Below the pieces are notes generated by a model that had not been told where the DNA came from, did not search any database, and saw nothing but the letters and a program-made list of their open reading frames with translations. Positions 1 to 9,550 of a stretch of 64,000 bases of DNA are shown one piece after another. The stretch is taken from assembly GCA_963697125.1 (NCBI GenBank), contig CAVOMW010000006.1, forward strand, positions 79,354 to 143,353, given 5' to 3'. The stretch is from an uncultured Actinomycetes bacterium (GTDB lineage: Bacteria > Actinomycetota > Acidimicrobiia > IMCC26256 > DASPTH01). The position numbers were made by a program, and so were the translations under genes. Positions within the stretch are counted from its first letter, which is position 1. Each line of letters opens with the position of its first letter.

Positions 1-157
1 CGAAGGCGAGCACGGAGATCAGGATGAGCGTTCCCGAGATGATCGCCCACCGCCGCGAGTGCTTGATGAACTCGAAGTGCGTGCGCTCGTGGTAGAGGTC
101 GGCCCAGGTGTGCCGCTGCTTCTTCGGCTGCACGGGCGCGGGCGCGGTGGCGGTCAT
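1..157 (-). CDS. secF: Protein translocase subunit SecF, N-terminal 52 codons (gene runs off left edge)
   Basis: Minus-strand translation from ATG 157-155: MTATAPAPVQPKKQRHTWADLYHERTHFEFIKHSRRWAIISGTLILISVLAF, a typical SecF N-terminus and TM1, directly after secD. Absent from the ORF track because it is open at the window edge. Confidence 0.8.
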   Translation of the reverse strand, partial: MTATAPAPVQPKKQRHTWADLYHERTHFEFIKHSRRWAIISGTLILISVLAF

Positions 158-1714
158 GCTCCCACCCCTGCCTTCGGGCGCGGAGGGTGCCGGCGGATCG
201 GCGTGCGGCGCGTCGAGACCGGCTTCGATGCCGATGCCCTTCATCTTCACGAGGCGCGGGCGGCGCGCCATGAGCGACACCACCGGGTGCATGAAGAAGT
301 AGGCGACGATCAGGTCGAGGATCGTCGAGATCGCGAGGAAGAGCGCGAAGCCGCGGACGGAGCCGATGGCGAGCACGTAGAGCACCACCGCGCCGATCAG
401 CGACACCAGGTCGGCGGCGACGATGGTGCGGAACGAGCGGGTGAACGACCGGTCGACGCAGGAGCGCACCGTCGCGCCCGCGCGCACTTCGTCCTTCATG
501 CGTTCGTAGTAGACGATGTACGAGTCGACGGTGATACCGACCGACACGATGATGCCGGTGACACCGGCGAGGCTCAGCACGATGGTGATGTTGAGCACGT
601 CGGGCAGGAACCACGCGATCAACGTGTAGAGCGCCATGCCGCTGAGCAGGATCCCCGCGATCACCACGAGGCCCAACAGCCGGTAGAAGACCAGCATGTA
701 GATGGCCACCAGCGCGAGCCCGATGAGGCCGGCGAGGATGCCGGCGTGGAGCTGGTCGTTGCCGAGCGTCGGCGACACGTTCTCGACGTTGACCTGCTTC
801 AGGGTGACGGGCAGCGCACCGAAGCGGATGAGCTTGGCCAGGTTGTCGGCTTCGTCCTGCGTGAAGCTTCCCGAGATCACGGCCGTGCCACCGAACGACG
901 TGAAGGCGGCGTCGGTGGGCTGGATGGTCGGCGCCGACTGCACCAGGCCGTCGAGGACGATCGCCACCTGCTTGTGGAACTGCTGCTGGGCGAGCGCGTC
1001 CCACTTGCTGCTGCCGGAGTCGGTGAGGTCCATCTTCACCGTCCAGCCCTGGCTGGGCACGAACTCCGACTTGGCGGTGTCGACGGTCCCCTTGCCGGTG
1101 AGCGCGGCCTTGCCGAGGTAGTACCGGCCGGCCTTCTTGCCGCCCGGCTTGTCGGGCAGGACGACGCACGCGTTGCGCTGGTCGCCGGCGCGTGCCGTCG
1201 TGGGGATCACCTTGAGCGTCTCGACCGTCGGTCGTCGTCACACGACGCGATCGCGGCCTTCGCCTGCGGCGTCGGTCGGCTGCGGGGTCGTCGGTGGTCG
1301 TGGTCGCGCCCGGCGCGGTCGTGGTGGTGGTCGTGGCCGCTCTTCGCCTGCGCGGCTTCCGACGGCAGCGGACCGAGGCACCGGGCGGAACCGCAGCTCG
1401 GCGGTCTTGCCGACCAGCGCGATCGCCTTCTCGCGGTCCTTCACGCCGGGGAGGTCGATGACGATGTCGCTGCCCTGCCGGGTGATCTCCGGCTCGAGCG
1501 TGCCGAAGGTGTCGACGCGGTTGCGGATGATGTCGATGGCGACGTCGAGGGTGTCGCTCTTGAACTTGCCGACCGGCGACAGCACGACCGACGTGCCGCC
1601 CTGCAGGTCGAGACCGAGGACGGGCTCGTGGCCGGCCTGGACCGTGTAGAGGAAGGTCCCCACGACCACCACGAGGGTGACGACGAGGAAGATGACGTTG
1701 CGACGGACGTTCAT
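158..1714 (-). CDS. secD: Protein translocase subunit SecD (reading frame disrupted in the Thr/Pro linker)
   Basis: ORF 1238..1714 gives the SecD N-terminus (TM1, LGLDLQGG, ELRFRPV). The same frame resumes after an in-frame TGA (1240-1238) with [48 protein letters not shown] and FFMHPV (P1 head plus TM2-6). The stretch 1240-1390 is frame-scrambled. Confidence 0.9.
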
Positions 1715-2025
1715 TCGCCGACTTCACCGTCGTCGACACGACCATCATCGAGGGCTTCGCTCGTCGGGTCGGACGCGGGCTGGGCCATCTGGGCGATCGC
1801 GTTGCGGGCGACGGTGATCACGACCCCGGGCGCGACCTCGAGCTCGATCTTCTCGTCGGTGAGCTCGCGGATGGTGCCGAGGATCCCGCCGATGGTGATG
1901 ACCTCGTCACCGATCTGCAACGAGGCGAGCAGGAGGCGGTGGGCGGTCGTCCGGCGCCGCTGCGGGAGCACGATCAACAGGAAGAACGCCAGCGCGATGA
2001 CGGCGAAGTAGACGAAGATGACCAT
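1711..2025 (-). CDS. yajC: Preprotein translocase subunit YajC
   Basis: Intact 104-aa ORF with a single TM (VYFAVIALAFFLLIV) and the YajC core LQIGDEVITIGGILGTIREL. ATGA overlap with the secD start. Confidence 0.9.
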   Translation of the reverse strand: MVIFVYFAVIALAFFLLIVLPQRRRTTAHRLLLASLQIGDEVITIGGILGTIRELTDEKIELEVAPGVVITVARNAIAQMAQPASDPTSEALDDGRVDDGEVGE

Positions 2026-2101
2026 GGCGTCGAGCGGGTTCCTGACGTTTGCACGGAGCGCGCGGGAGGGGCGCAGACCGGTCGCGGATGCTAGCGGGCC
2101 G

Positions 2102-2786
2102 TCACCGGCCGACCGGGGCAGCGGGGACGGCCGTTGGCCCGAACTTCACCGCCCGTTGGCGGGTCGGGCGAGGAGCGCCAGCGCCTCGGCCTGCTTGCGG
2201 TTGAAGCTCCCGCTGATCACGGCGGTGCCGCCGAACGAGGTCGAAGGTGGCATCGCTGGGCTGGATGATGGGAGCCGACACCACCTTCCCCGACGCGGTG
2301 ATCGCCACCTGCTGGTGGAACTGCTGCTCGGCGAGGGCGTCCCACGGCCTTCGACCCGGCCCGGGTGAGGTCGAGGTGGACCGTCCACCCCTGGCCGGCT
2401 GACGAACTCGGCCCGCGCCCGCCGATCGCGTCGGTCGTGACCCCGGCCGGTCCCAGGTAGTAGCGGCCGGCCGTGTCCGCCGGACGGTCGGGAAACACGC
2501 ACGCAGTGCTCGAGGCCGTCGCGGTGCGCATCGGGTGGTGGGGACGACCGGGAGCTGCGCGACCGCGGCGACGTCGCACGACCGCCACCGTCGGCCGCGG
2601 CGGCGTCGGGCGTCGAGGCGGCCGGTCGTCGGTGGCAGATGCTCGAGCACGGGCCGGAACTCGACGGTCGACGCAGGAGTCCGAGCTGCGGCACCGGCAC
2701 CGGCCCCATCGCGGCCGAGATGCGTCGCGACCAGCGGCGACGACGACGACCGCGAGTCGCGACGCACGTGACCCCAGCCTGGTCAT
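2102..2786 (-). pseudogene. SecD-like periplasmic P1-head paralogue, frame-scrambled and lacking TM2-6
   Basis: The three minus frames carry pieces colinear with SecD: [99 protein letters not shown]. Recognisable nucleotide similarity to 840-1130. At least 5 frame switches. ATG 2786 forms ATGA with the TGA at 2785-2783. Confidence 0.5.
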
Positions 2787-3813
2787 TCGTCGGTGACGTG
2801 AACAGGCTGGGCAGGACGTGGGGCGCGGGCAGGTGCAGGTGCGCGTAGGCGCCGGGGGTGGCGATGCGCCCTCGGGGCGTGCGCTGCAGCAGCCCCGCTT
2901 TGAGCAGGAACGGCTCGTAGACCTCTTCCACCGTCTCGGGCTCCTCGGCCACCGCCACCGCCAGGGTGTGCAGGCCGACCGGTTGACCGCCGAACGTCTC
3001 GCACAGCGCGGCGAGGATGGCGCGGTCGACCTTGTCGAGACCGAGCTCGTCGACCTCGAACAGCTCCAGCGCGAGCCGCGCGTTCTCGGTGGTGACCGCG
3101 CCGTCGGCGCGCACCTCGGCGTAGTCGCGCGTGCGCTTCAGCAGCCGGTTGGCGATGCGGGGCGTGCCCCGGGCGCGGCGGGCGATCTCCTGCGCGCCTT
3201 CCGTCTCGAGCGGCACGCCGAGGATGCCGGCGGCGCGCTCGATGATGGAGACGAGGTCGTCGGTGTCGTAGTAGTCGAGGCGGGCGATGAAGCCGAAGCG
3301 GTCGCGCAGCGGGCCGGTGATCAGACCGGTGCGGGTGGTGGCACCGATCAGCGTGAAGCGTGGGAGGTCGAGGCGGATCGATCGCGCCGCCGGGCCCTTG
3401 CCGATCACGATGTCGAGCTGGAAGTCCTCCATCGCGGGGTAGAGCACCTCTTCGACCGGGCGCGGCAGGCGGTGGATCTCGTCGATGAAGAGCACGTCGC
3501 CGTCGTCGAGGTTGGTGAGGATGGCGGCGAGGTCGCCGGCGCGCTCGAGCGCGGGACCGCTGGTGATGCGCAGCCCGACGCCCATCTCCTCGGCGACGAT
3601 GCCCGACAGCGTGGTCTTGCCCAGGCCCGGCGGACCGGCGAACAGGATGTGGTCGGCGGCCTGGCCCCGGCCGCGGGCGGCGCCGAGGAGGATCTCGAGG
3701 TGCTCCTTGAGGCGCGGCTGGCCGACGAACTCGTCGAGCCGGCGCGGCCGGAGCGTGACCTCCTCGGCCTCCTCGACCGGGTCGGCCGACGCGTGCAGCA
3801 GTTCGTCTCTCAT
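2783..3813 (-). CDS. ruvB: Holliday junction helicase RuvB
   Basis: First ~340 aa of ORF 2146..3813: Walker [10 protein letters not shown], Walker [18 protein letters not shown]-terminal LLQRTPRGR. There is no stop in this frame. The TGA at 2785-2783 is reached only after a late 1-nt shift, so the 3' end is approximate. Confidence 0.9.
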
Positions 3814-3825
3814 GAGTCGCTCGTC

Positions 3826-4414
3826 CTACGCATGCGACACCGACAGCAGCTTGAGCGCCTCGCGGAGGAGGTCCTCCACCGAGCCCTCTTCGGGCAGCTG
3901 CGCCACGACGTCGCGCACCTCGTCGGGCGCGTAGCCGAGGCCGGCGAGCGCGGCGCGCACCTCGGCGCGCGGCGCGGGCGTTCCGCCGGTTTCGGTGATG
4001 TCGAGCTCGGGCACCGCCAGGCGAGCCTTGAGCTCGACCAACAGGCGTTGGGCCGTGCGCTTGCCGACGCCCGGACACCATCGTGAGCGCGGCGAGGTCG
4101 TCTTCGAGCAACGCGCGCCGCAGCGCCGCGGGTGAGTGCACCGAGAGCATGGCGAGCGCGAGCTTGGGTCCGACGCCGGTGGTGGCGATCAGCGCCTCGA
4201 ACGTGTCGCGCTCGTCGCGCGTCAGGAAGCCGTAGAGCACCATCGCGTCTTCACGCACGTGCAGGTGGGTGAACAGGAACGCCGTGTCGCCGGGATGCAG
4301 CGCGGGGAGCGCGCTGGCGGGCACGAACGCCCGGTAGCCGACCCCTCCCACCTCCACCAGGACCTCGCCGGTGGACGTGCGCTCGATCACCGTGCCGCGC
4401 ACCGAACCGATCAC
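3826..4414 (-). CDS. ruvA: Holliday junction DNA helicase RuvA
   Basis: N-terminus VIGSVRGTVIERT..GVGYRAFVP..VLYGF and HhH GVGPKLALAMLS lie in the frame of ORF 2783..5152. The C-terminus is ORF 3826..4041 (VELKARL..GLGYAPDEV). One frame break near 4075. GTG 4414 is preceded by GGGAGG. Confidence 0.85.
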
Positions 4415-4982
4415 CGAGCACCTCCCTGCGAGGAGGAGGCCTTCGCGAGTGCAGCCGCGATCGCGTCGTCGAGCTTCGACGATCGCGCCCCGGCGACCGC
4501 GCCCTGTGCCGCGAGCGGCGCGCCGCCACCAGTGGCACAGCGCGAGCGCGAGCGCGTCGGCGGCGTCGGGCGGATCGGGGAGCTCGCGCAGCTGCAGGAG
4601 CCGCATCACCATCTGTTGCACCTCGAACTTGCCCGCGCCACCGTCGCCGGCGACTGCGAGCTTGACCTCGTTGGGGCTGTAGTTGACCACCGGGATTCCG
4701 GCGCGCCCGGCCAGCGCGAGGGCGAGGCCGCTGGCCTGACCGACCGACATCGCGGTGCGCGTGTTCACCTGGAACAGCACCCGCTCGACGGCCAGCGCGA
4801 TCGGCGTGAACTCCTCGATGAGGGCGTTGATCTCGTGGAGCAGCGTCGCCAAGCGCGGTCGGCAGCTCCTCGCTCGGGGGCGTGCGGATGACGCCGTAGG
4901 CGACGGCCCGGAACTGCGACCCGTCGCGGCGCACCACGCCGTACCCACAGCGCGACACGCCCGGGTCGATGCCCAGGACCAG
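4411..4982 (-). CDS. ruvC: Crossover junction endodeoxyribonuclease RuvC
   Basis: LVLGIDPGVSRCGYGVV lies in the frame of ORF 4251..5756. LHEINALIEEFTPIALAVERVLFQVNTRTAMSVGQASG..NEVKLAVAGDGGAGK..DAADALALALCH lies in the frame of ORF 2783..5152. The tail ends at TGA 4413-4411, overlapping the ruvA GTG. At least 3 frame breaks. Start unclear: CTG 4982 after GGAGGGGGAG, or GTG 5012 inside the SOS box. Confidence 0.8.
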
Positions 4983-5004
4983 CTGGTCTCCCCCTCCGGC
5001 CGGA

Positions 5005-5020
5005 TCGAACACGAGTTCGA
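5005..5020. promoter_or_regulatory. LexA (SOS) box TCGAAC-ACGA-GTTCGA at the ruvC 5' end
   Basis: Exact match to the actinobacterial SOS box TCGAAC-N4-GTTCGA. The palindrome extends to GGATCGAAC/GTTCGATCC (5002-5023). It lies immediately upstream of or overlapping the ruvC start. It is the only full match I found in the window. Confidence 0.8.
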
Positions 5021-5022
5021 TC

Positions 5023-5756
5023 CTAGAAGGCTCAGTCGGCGTCGTGGCGGATGCTGCGGCGCCTCGCTTGCGGCGCTTGAAGATCGAGCGGACCGCCACC
5101 ACCACGACCAGTCCGGCCACGATCGGCACCAGCCGCTTCCCCACCGAACCACCGGCCGCGTCCATGAGGTCGATGGGCTCGGCCTCCTTGGAGTCGATCT
5201 TGCGAACCCCGGCCGCCTCTCTGGCGCCTCCGTCCGTCGGCGCAGCGCCCGCGTCCTCGGGACTCTCCGCCGCTGGCGGCGCGATCGTCGGTTCGGTGGG
5301 AGTCTCCGATCCCGACAGCACGTCCTTCTTGAGGTTGTCGGCGAACTGGCCGAGCAGCTTGCTCGACACGTCGGCCATCACGCCTCGGCCGAACTGCGCC
5401 ACCTTGCCGGTGATGTTGAGGTCGGTGTCGATGTTGACGGTGGTCGCGGCGTCGCCGTCGGCCACCAGCGTGGCGACGACGGTCGCCGACGCGTTGCCCT
5501 GCCCGCGGGTGTCGCGGCCCTCGGCCTGCAGCACCACCTTGCGGTTGGCCTCGTCGGCCTCCTCGATCTTGGCCACGCCCTTGTACTGCGCGGTGATGGG
5601 ACCGACCTTGATCTTCACCGTCCCGCGGTACTCGTCGCCCTCCACCTCGGTGAGCTGCGCGCCGGGGAGGCAGGGGGCGATGCGCTCGAGGTCGAGGAGC
5701 ACCTTCCAGGCCTCGTCGACGGGTACTTCCACCCGGAAGCTGTCTTCGATCTTCAC
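5023..5756 (-). CDS. SRPBCC/CoxG-family protein with C-terminal TM anchor
   Basis: First ~245 aa of ORF 4251..5756: FRVEVPVDEAWKVLLDLERIAPCLPGA..GTVKIKVGPI..ITGKVAQFGRGVMADVSSKLLGQFADNL, then TM LVPIVAGLVVVVAV. The listed frame reads through into ruvC. TAG 5025-5023 and TGA 5034-5032 lie in the other frames, so the 3' end is approximate. Confidence 0.7.
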
Positions 5757-6379
5757 TGGTCCTCCTGCTGCAGTCGTTCGAGGTCTTCGAGGGTGTCGAC
5801 GTCGGCGGCGCTGCCCGTGTCGGTGCAGTCGATCCGGACGGCACGATCCCGGGCCAGCGCCCGGGCGCCCACGTCGCCGCGGAGCTCCAACGCTTCAGGC
5901 CAGAGGCTACGCGCCAGCTTGACCGGATTGCCGGGCTGCCCGCGTACGTCGGGACCACGAGATCCCCACTGGTCGCCGCGACTCGCGCGGTAGGCCTCGG
6001 CGCTCACGCGGGGCTGGTCGGCCAGGCCCACGCACACGGCGTCGACGTCGGCGCGGGGGATGAGCGTCGTCAGCACCGCACGCAGACTCGACGCGATCCC
6101 CTCTTCCCACTGCGGGTTCTCGACCACTTCCACCGCGACCATCTCGGAGTTGACCCCCACATGCGTACGCGAACTTTGAGATGTTCGGGAGAGCGCGGCG
6201 CGGACCTCGTCGCCGCGGTACCCGACGACCACGAGCACGGGCCGGAGTCCGGAGTCGCGCGCGGCGTCCACCGCCCACGCGACCAGCGGTCTCCCCCGCC
6301 ACTCGAGCAACGGCTTCGACGCGTCACCGCCGAGTCGCGACCCACGACCGGCGGCGAGGACGGCAACGGCGACGCTCAA
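5753..6379 (-). CDS. MobA/MocA-like nucleotidyltransferase (molybdenum cofactor cytidylyltransferase family) carrying an in-frame 16-codon repeat insertion
   Basis: Intact 208-aa ORF: AVLAAGRGSRLG (NTP-binding loop), VVVGYRGDEV, VENPQWEEGIASSL, GLADQP. ATGA overlap with the coxG-like gene. Confidence 0.75.
   Translation of the reverse strand: MSVAVAVLAAGRGSRLGGDASKPLLEWRGRPLVAWAVDAARDSGLRPVLVVVGYRGDEVRAALSRTSQSSRTHVGVNSEMVAVEVVENPQWEEGIASSLRAVLTTLIPRADVDAVCVGLADQPRVSAEAYRASRGDQWGSRGPDVRGQPGNPVKLARSLWPEALELRGDVGARALARDRAVRIDCTDTGSAADVDTLEDLERLQQEDQ
6140..6188 (+). repeat. 49-nt palindromic repeat, copy 1 (inside the mocA-like CDS)
   Basis: catctcggagttgacccccacatgcgtacgcgaactttgagatgttcgg. 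43/49 identical to the reverse complement of 23207-23255 and 39/49 identical to 24193-24241. Arms CATCTCGGAGTT/AACTTTGAGATG can pair (12 bp including G-U). Confidence 0.85.
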
Positions 6380-6786
6380 CCGGCGCGGTCCGGACCGGCG
6401 CGCTCGGGCGTGATGCGCACGACGACGCGCTGGTCACGCACCATCGCGGCGCGGTAGTCGTCCCAGTCGGGGTGCTCGCCGCTCGTGGTGCGGTAGTAGT
6501 CGACGAGCCGTTCCATCGCCTCGGGCAACGACACGATCTCGGCGGTGCCCTCGATCTGGATCCAGTCGCCGAAGAACCCGTCGGAGAGGACGCACAGCGC
6601 GACCCGCGGGTCCCGGCGCAGGTGCGTCGTCTTCATCGCGGTCTCGCGGGTGCTCACGACGATGAGCCCGTCGGCGTCGACGTTGCACGCGATCGGCGAC
6701 ATCTGCGGCGACCCGTCACGCCGGTAGGTCTGCATCACCGCGTGGTGGTGCTCCCGCACGAAATCGAGCGCGCGATCGATGTCCAT
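6376..6786 (-). CDS. PPOX-class (pyridoxamine 5'-phosphate oxidase-like) probable F420-dependent enzyme
   Basis: Intact 136-aa ORF: ALDFVREHHHAVMQTYRRDGSPQMSPI..VVSTRETAMKTTHLRRDPRVALCV..WIQIEG. This is the split-barrel PPOX pattern. Confidence 0.7.
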   Translation of the reverse strand: MDIDRALDFVREHHHAVMQTYRRDGSPQMSPIACNVDADGLIVVSTRETAMKTTHLRRDPRVALCVLSDGFFGDWIQIEGTAEIVSLPEAMERLVDYYRTTSGEHPDWDDYRAAMVRDQRVVVRITPERAGPDRAG

Positions 6787-6822
6787 GGTCTGACCGTACC
6801 GGACGTGCGTCGCGGACGCGAA

Positions 6823-7137
6823 CTACGACTCGGGCGTGACCTGCAGCGGGACGTCGTCGAGCTGGTGGACGCTGCCGGCCACCTCTCGGACCTCGACCGA
6901 CTGGACGGTCACGAAGTCGTTGAACTCGCGCCCGGGCGGCATCTGCTCGGCCATCGCCCGCGCTTCGCCCTCGGTGTCGAAGATCAGGATCTCCAGACCG
7001 ACGCCGTCGACCGGCGCCAACCAGTGCCCGGACACGAAGCCGGGGATGTCACTGACCGTCGGGAGCACGTCGTCGTGCAGGATCCGACGCGCGTGCTCGT
7101 AGTCGGTGATCGAGACGGTGGCCAGGCATGCATACAT
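6823..7137 (-). CDS. Small hypothetical protein (possibly ABM/dimeric alpha-beta barrel-like)
   Basis: ORF 6823..7152. Likely start is Met6 (MYACLATVSITDYEHARRIL..). No motif I can name with certainty. Confidence 0.45.
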   Translation of the reverse strand: MYACLATVSITDYEHARRILHDDVLPTVSDIPGFVSGHWLAPVDGVGLEILIFDTEGEARAMAEQMPPGREFNDFVTVQSVEVREVAGSVHQLDDVPLQVTPES

Positions 7138-7250
7138 CTCGCACCTCCACATTCAGTCCGGCACCAGCGGCGCGCAGGATGGTCGCGGTCGAGCGTGACC
7201 GCTCGACGCCGCGGCGTCAAGCGCGCTGAACCGCGCCGGCCACCCGAACC

Positions 7251-8004
7251 TCAGGCGTAGACCGACTCGAGCACCGATTCGGGGATGTCGAAGTTGGCGT
7301 AGACGTTCTGGACGTCGTCGTGCTCTTCGAGCGCGTCGATCACGCGCAGCACCGACTTCGCCTTGCTGGCTTCGTCGAGCTCGACGGTGGTGCTCGGCAA
7401 CATGGTGAGGTCGATGCTGGTGACCGTCATGCCCGCCTCCTCGAGCGCGGTGCGCACCGCGTGCACGTCGGTCGGAGCGGTGGTGACCTGCCAGGTGTCG
7501 CCGAGATCGGCGATGTCCTCGGCGCCGGCCTCGAGCGCGGCGAGCATGAGGTCGTCCTCGGTCGGCGGCGTCGTGCGGGAGGATGACCACGCCCTTGCGC
7601 TCGAACTGCCACGCCACCGCGCCGGGCTCGGCCAGCGAGCCACCGTTGCGGGTGAACACGTTCTTGATCTCGGCGCCGGTGCGGTTGCGGTTGTCGCTGA
7701 GCGTCTCGACGTAGACCGCGACGCCGTTGGTGGCGTAGCCCTCGTACGTGATGTTCTCGTAGGTGACGCCCTCGAGCTCGCCGGTGCCGCGCTTGATGGC
7801 GCGCTCGATGTTGTCCTTGGGCATCGACGCGTCGCGCGCCTTCTGGATCATGGTGCGGAGCGTGGGGTTGCCCTCGATGTCACCACCACCGCTGCGCGCC
7901 GCCACCTCGATCTGACGGGCCAGCCGCGCGAACTGCTTGCCGCGCGCGGCGTCGGCCGCACCCTTGGCGTGCTTGATCGAATGCCACTTGGAATGTCCGC
8001 TCAT
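7251..8004 (-). CDS. yebC: YebC/PmpR (TACO1) family transcriptional/translational regulator
   Basis: [65 protein letters not shown] lies in ORF 7153..8034. The C-terminus is ORF 7251..7643 (..[12 protein letters not shown]). One frame break near 7570. ATGA overlap with pdxT. Confidence 0.9.
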
Positions 8005-8607
8005 CTCTCGTCTCCATTGCCGTGCAGGAACCACTCGTGCAACCGGAGGTCGCCCGAGAGCTCGGGATGGAAGCTGGCCACCACGACCGTGCCTTGGCGA
8101 ACCAGCACCGGGACGTCGTCGTGACGGGCGAGCACTTCGACGCGCTCCCCCACCGTCTCGATGCGGGGCGCGCGGATGAACACGCCCGGGAACGCACCGC
8201 CACCGAGGCCGTCGACCTCGAGGGGCGCCTCGAACGAGTCACGCTGGCGGCCGTACGCGTTGCGGCGCACCGCGATGTCGATCGCGCCGAACGACTGCTG
8301 GTCGGGACGGCCGTCGACCACGTCGCGCGCGAGCAGGATCATCCCCGCGCAGGTACCGAACACCGGGAGGCCGTCGGCGAGCAGGTGACCCAGCGGGCTC
8401 GCGCACGCCCGACGAGTCGAGCAGCTTGCTCATGGTCGTGGATTCGCCCCCGGGCAGGATCAGCGCGTCGAGCGCGCCCAGCTCGGCCGGCGTGCGCACC
8501 TCGACCGCCTCGACGCCGAGCGCGTCGAGCACCTCACGATGCTCGCGGAACGCTCCTTGCAGGGCCAGACACGCCGACTTTCCATGGGCTGGGGGCCTCG
8601 CGGTCAT
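8001..8607 (-). CDS. pdxT: Pyridoxal 5'-phosphate synthase glutaminase subunit PdxT
   Basis: N-terminus [28 protein letters not shown] lies in the tail frame of ORF 8239..9252. [20 protein letters not shown] is ORF 8001..8363. One frame break near 8390. Confidence 0.85.
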
Positions 8608-8615
8608 CGACGATC

Positions 8616-9512
<897 letters not shown>

Positions 9513-9550
9513 GCTCGTCAGGTTACCGGGCGTCCCTGAACCGGGCGCCG

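Noticed and set aside
1238-1240. In-frame TGA inside secD, as possible selenocysteine or programmed readthrough
   Set aside because: The ~150 nt upstream of it is frame-scrambled. A plausible Thr-rich linker and AKAAIASCDDD read in the other frames, so the TGA is most simply a by-product of compensating indels. No SECIS-like hairpin was noticed.
59-2011. 650-aa plus-strand ORF, and similar long ORFs at 10386..11741, 22565..23812, 25165..27801 (878 aa), 48569..50002 and 41204..43450
   Set aside because: They lie antisense to clearly identifiable genes (secD/yajC, htpX, npdG, dnaE, murD, pgeF/ftsZ). They are Arg/Gly/Asp/His-rich with no motifs. These are the stop-poor shadow frames expected in ~70% GC DNA.
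2783-5152. 789-aa minus-strand ORF that looks like one giant gene
   Set aside because: It is chimeric. Only short in-frame stretches are real (RuvA N-terminus, RuvC middle). The rest is Arg/Pro-rich out-of-frame read-through created by frame breaks. The same applies to ORF 53192..55894 (900 aa: MurE N-terminus plus out-of-frame ftsI) and ORF 12524..14806.
5930-5975. Possible fourth copy of the 49-nt repeat (cgcgtacgtcgggaccacgagatcccc)
   Set aside because: It shares only the CGTACG hexamer and a GAGAT pentamer. The diagnostic TGACCCCCA core and the paired arms are absent. This is consistent with chance in coding sequence.
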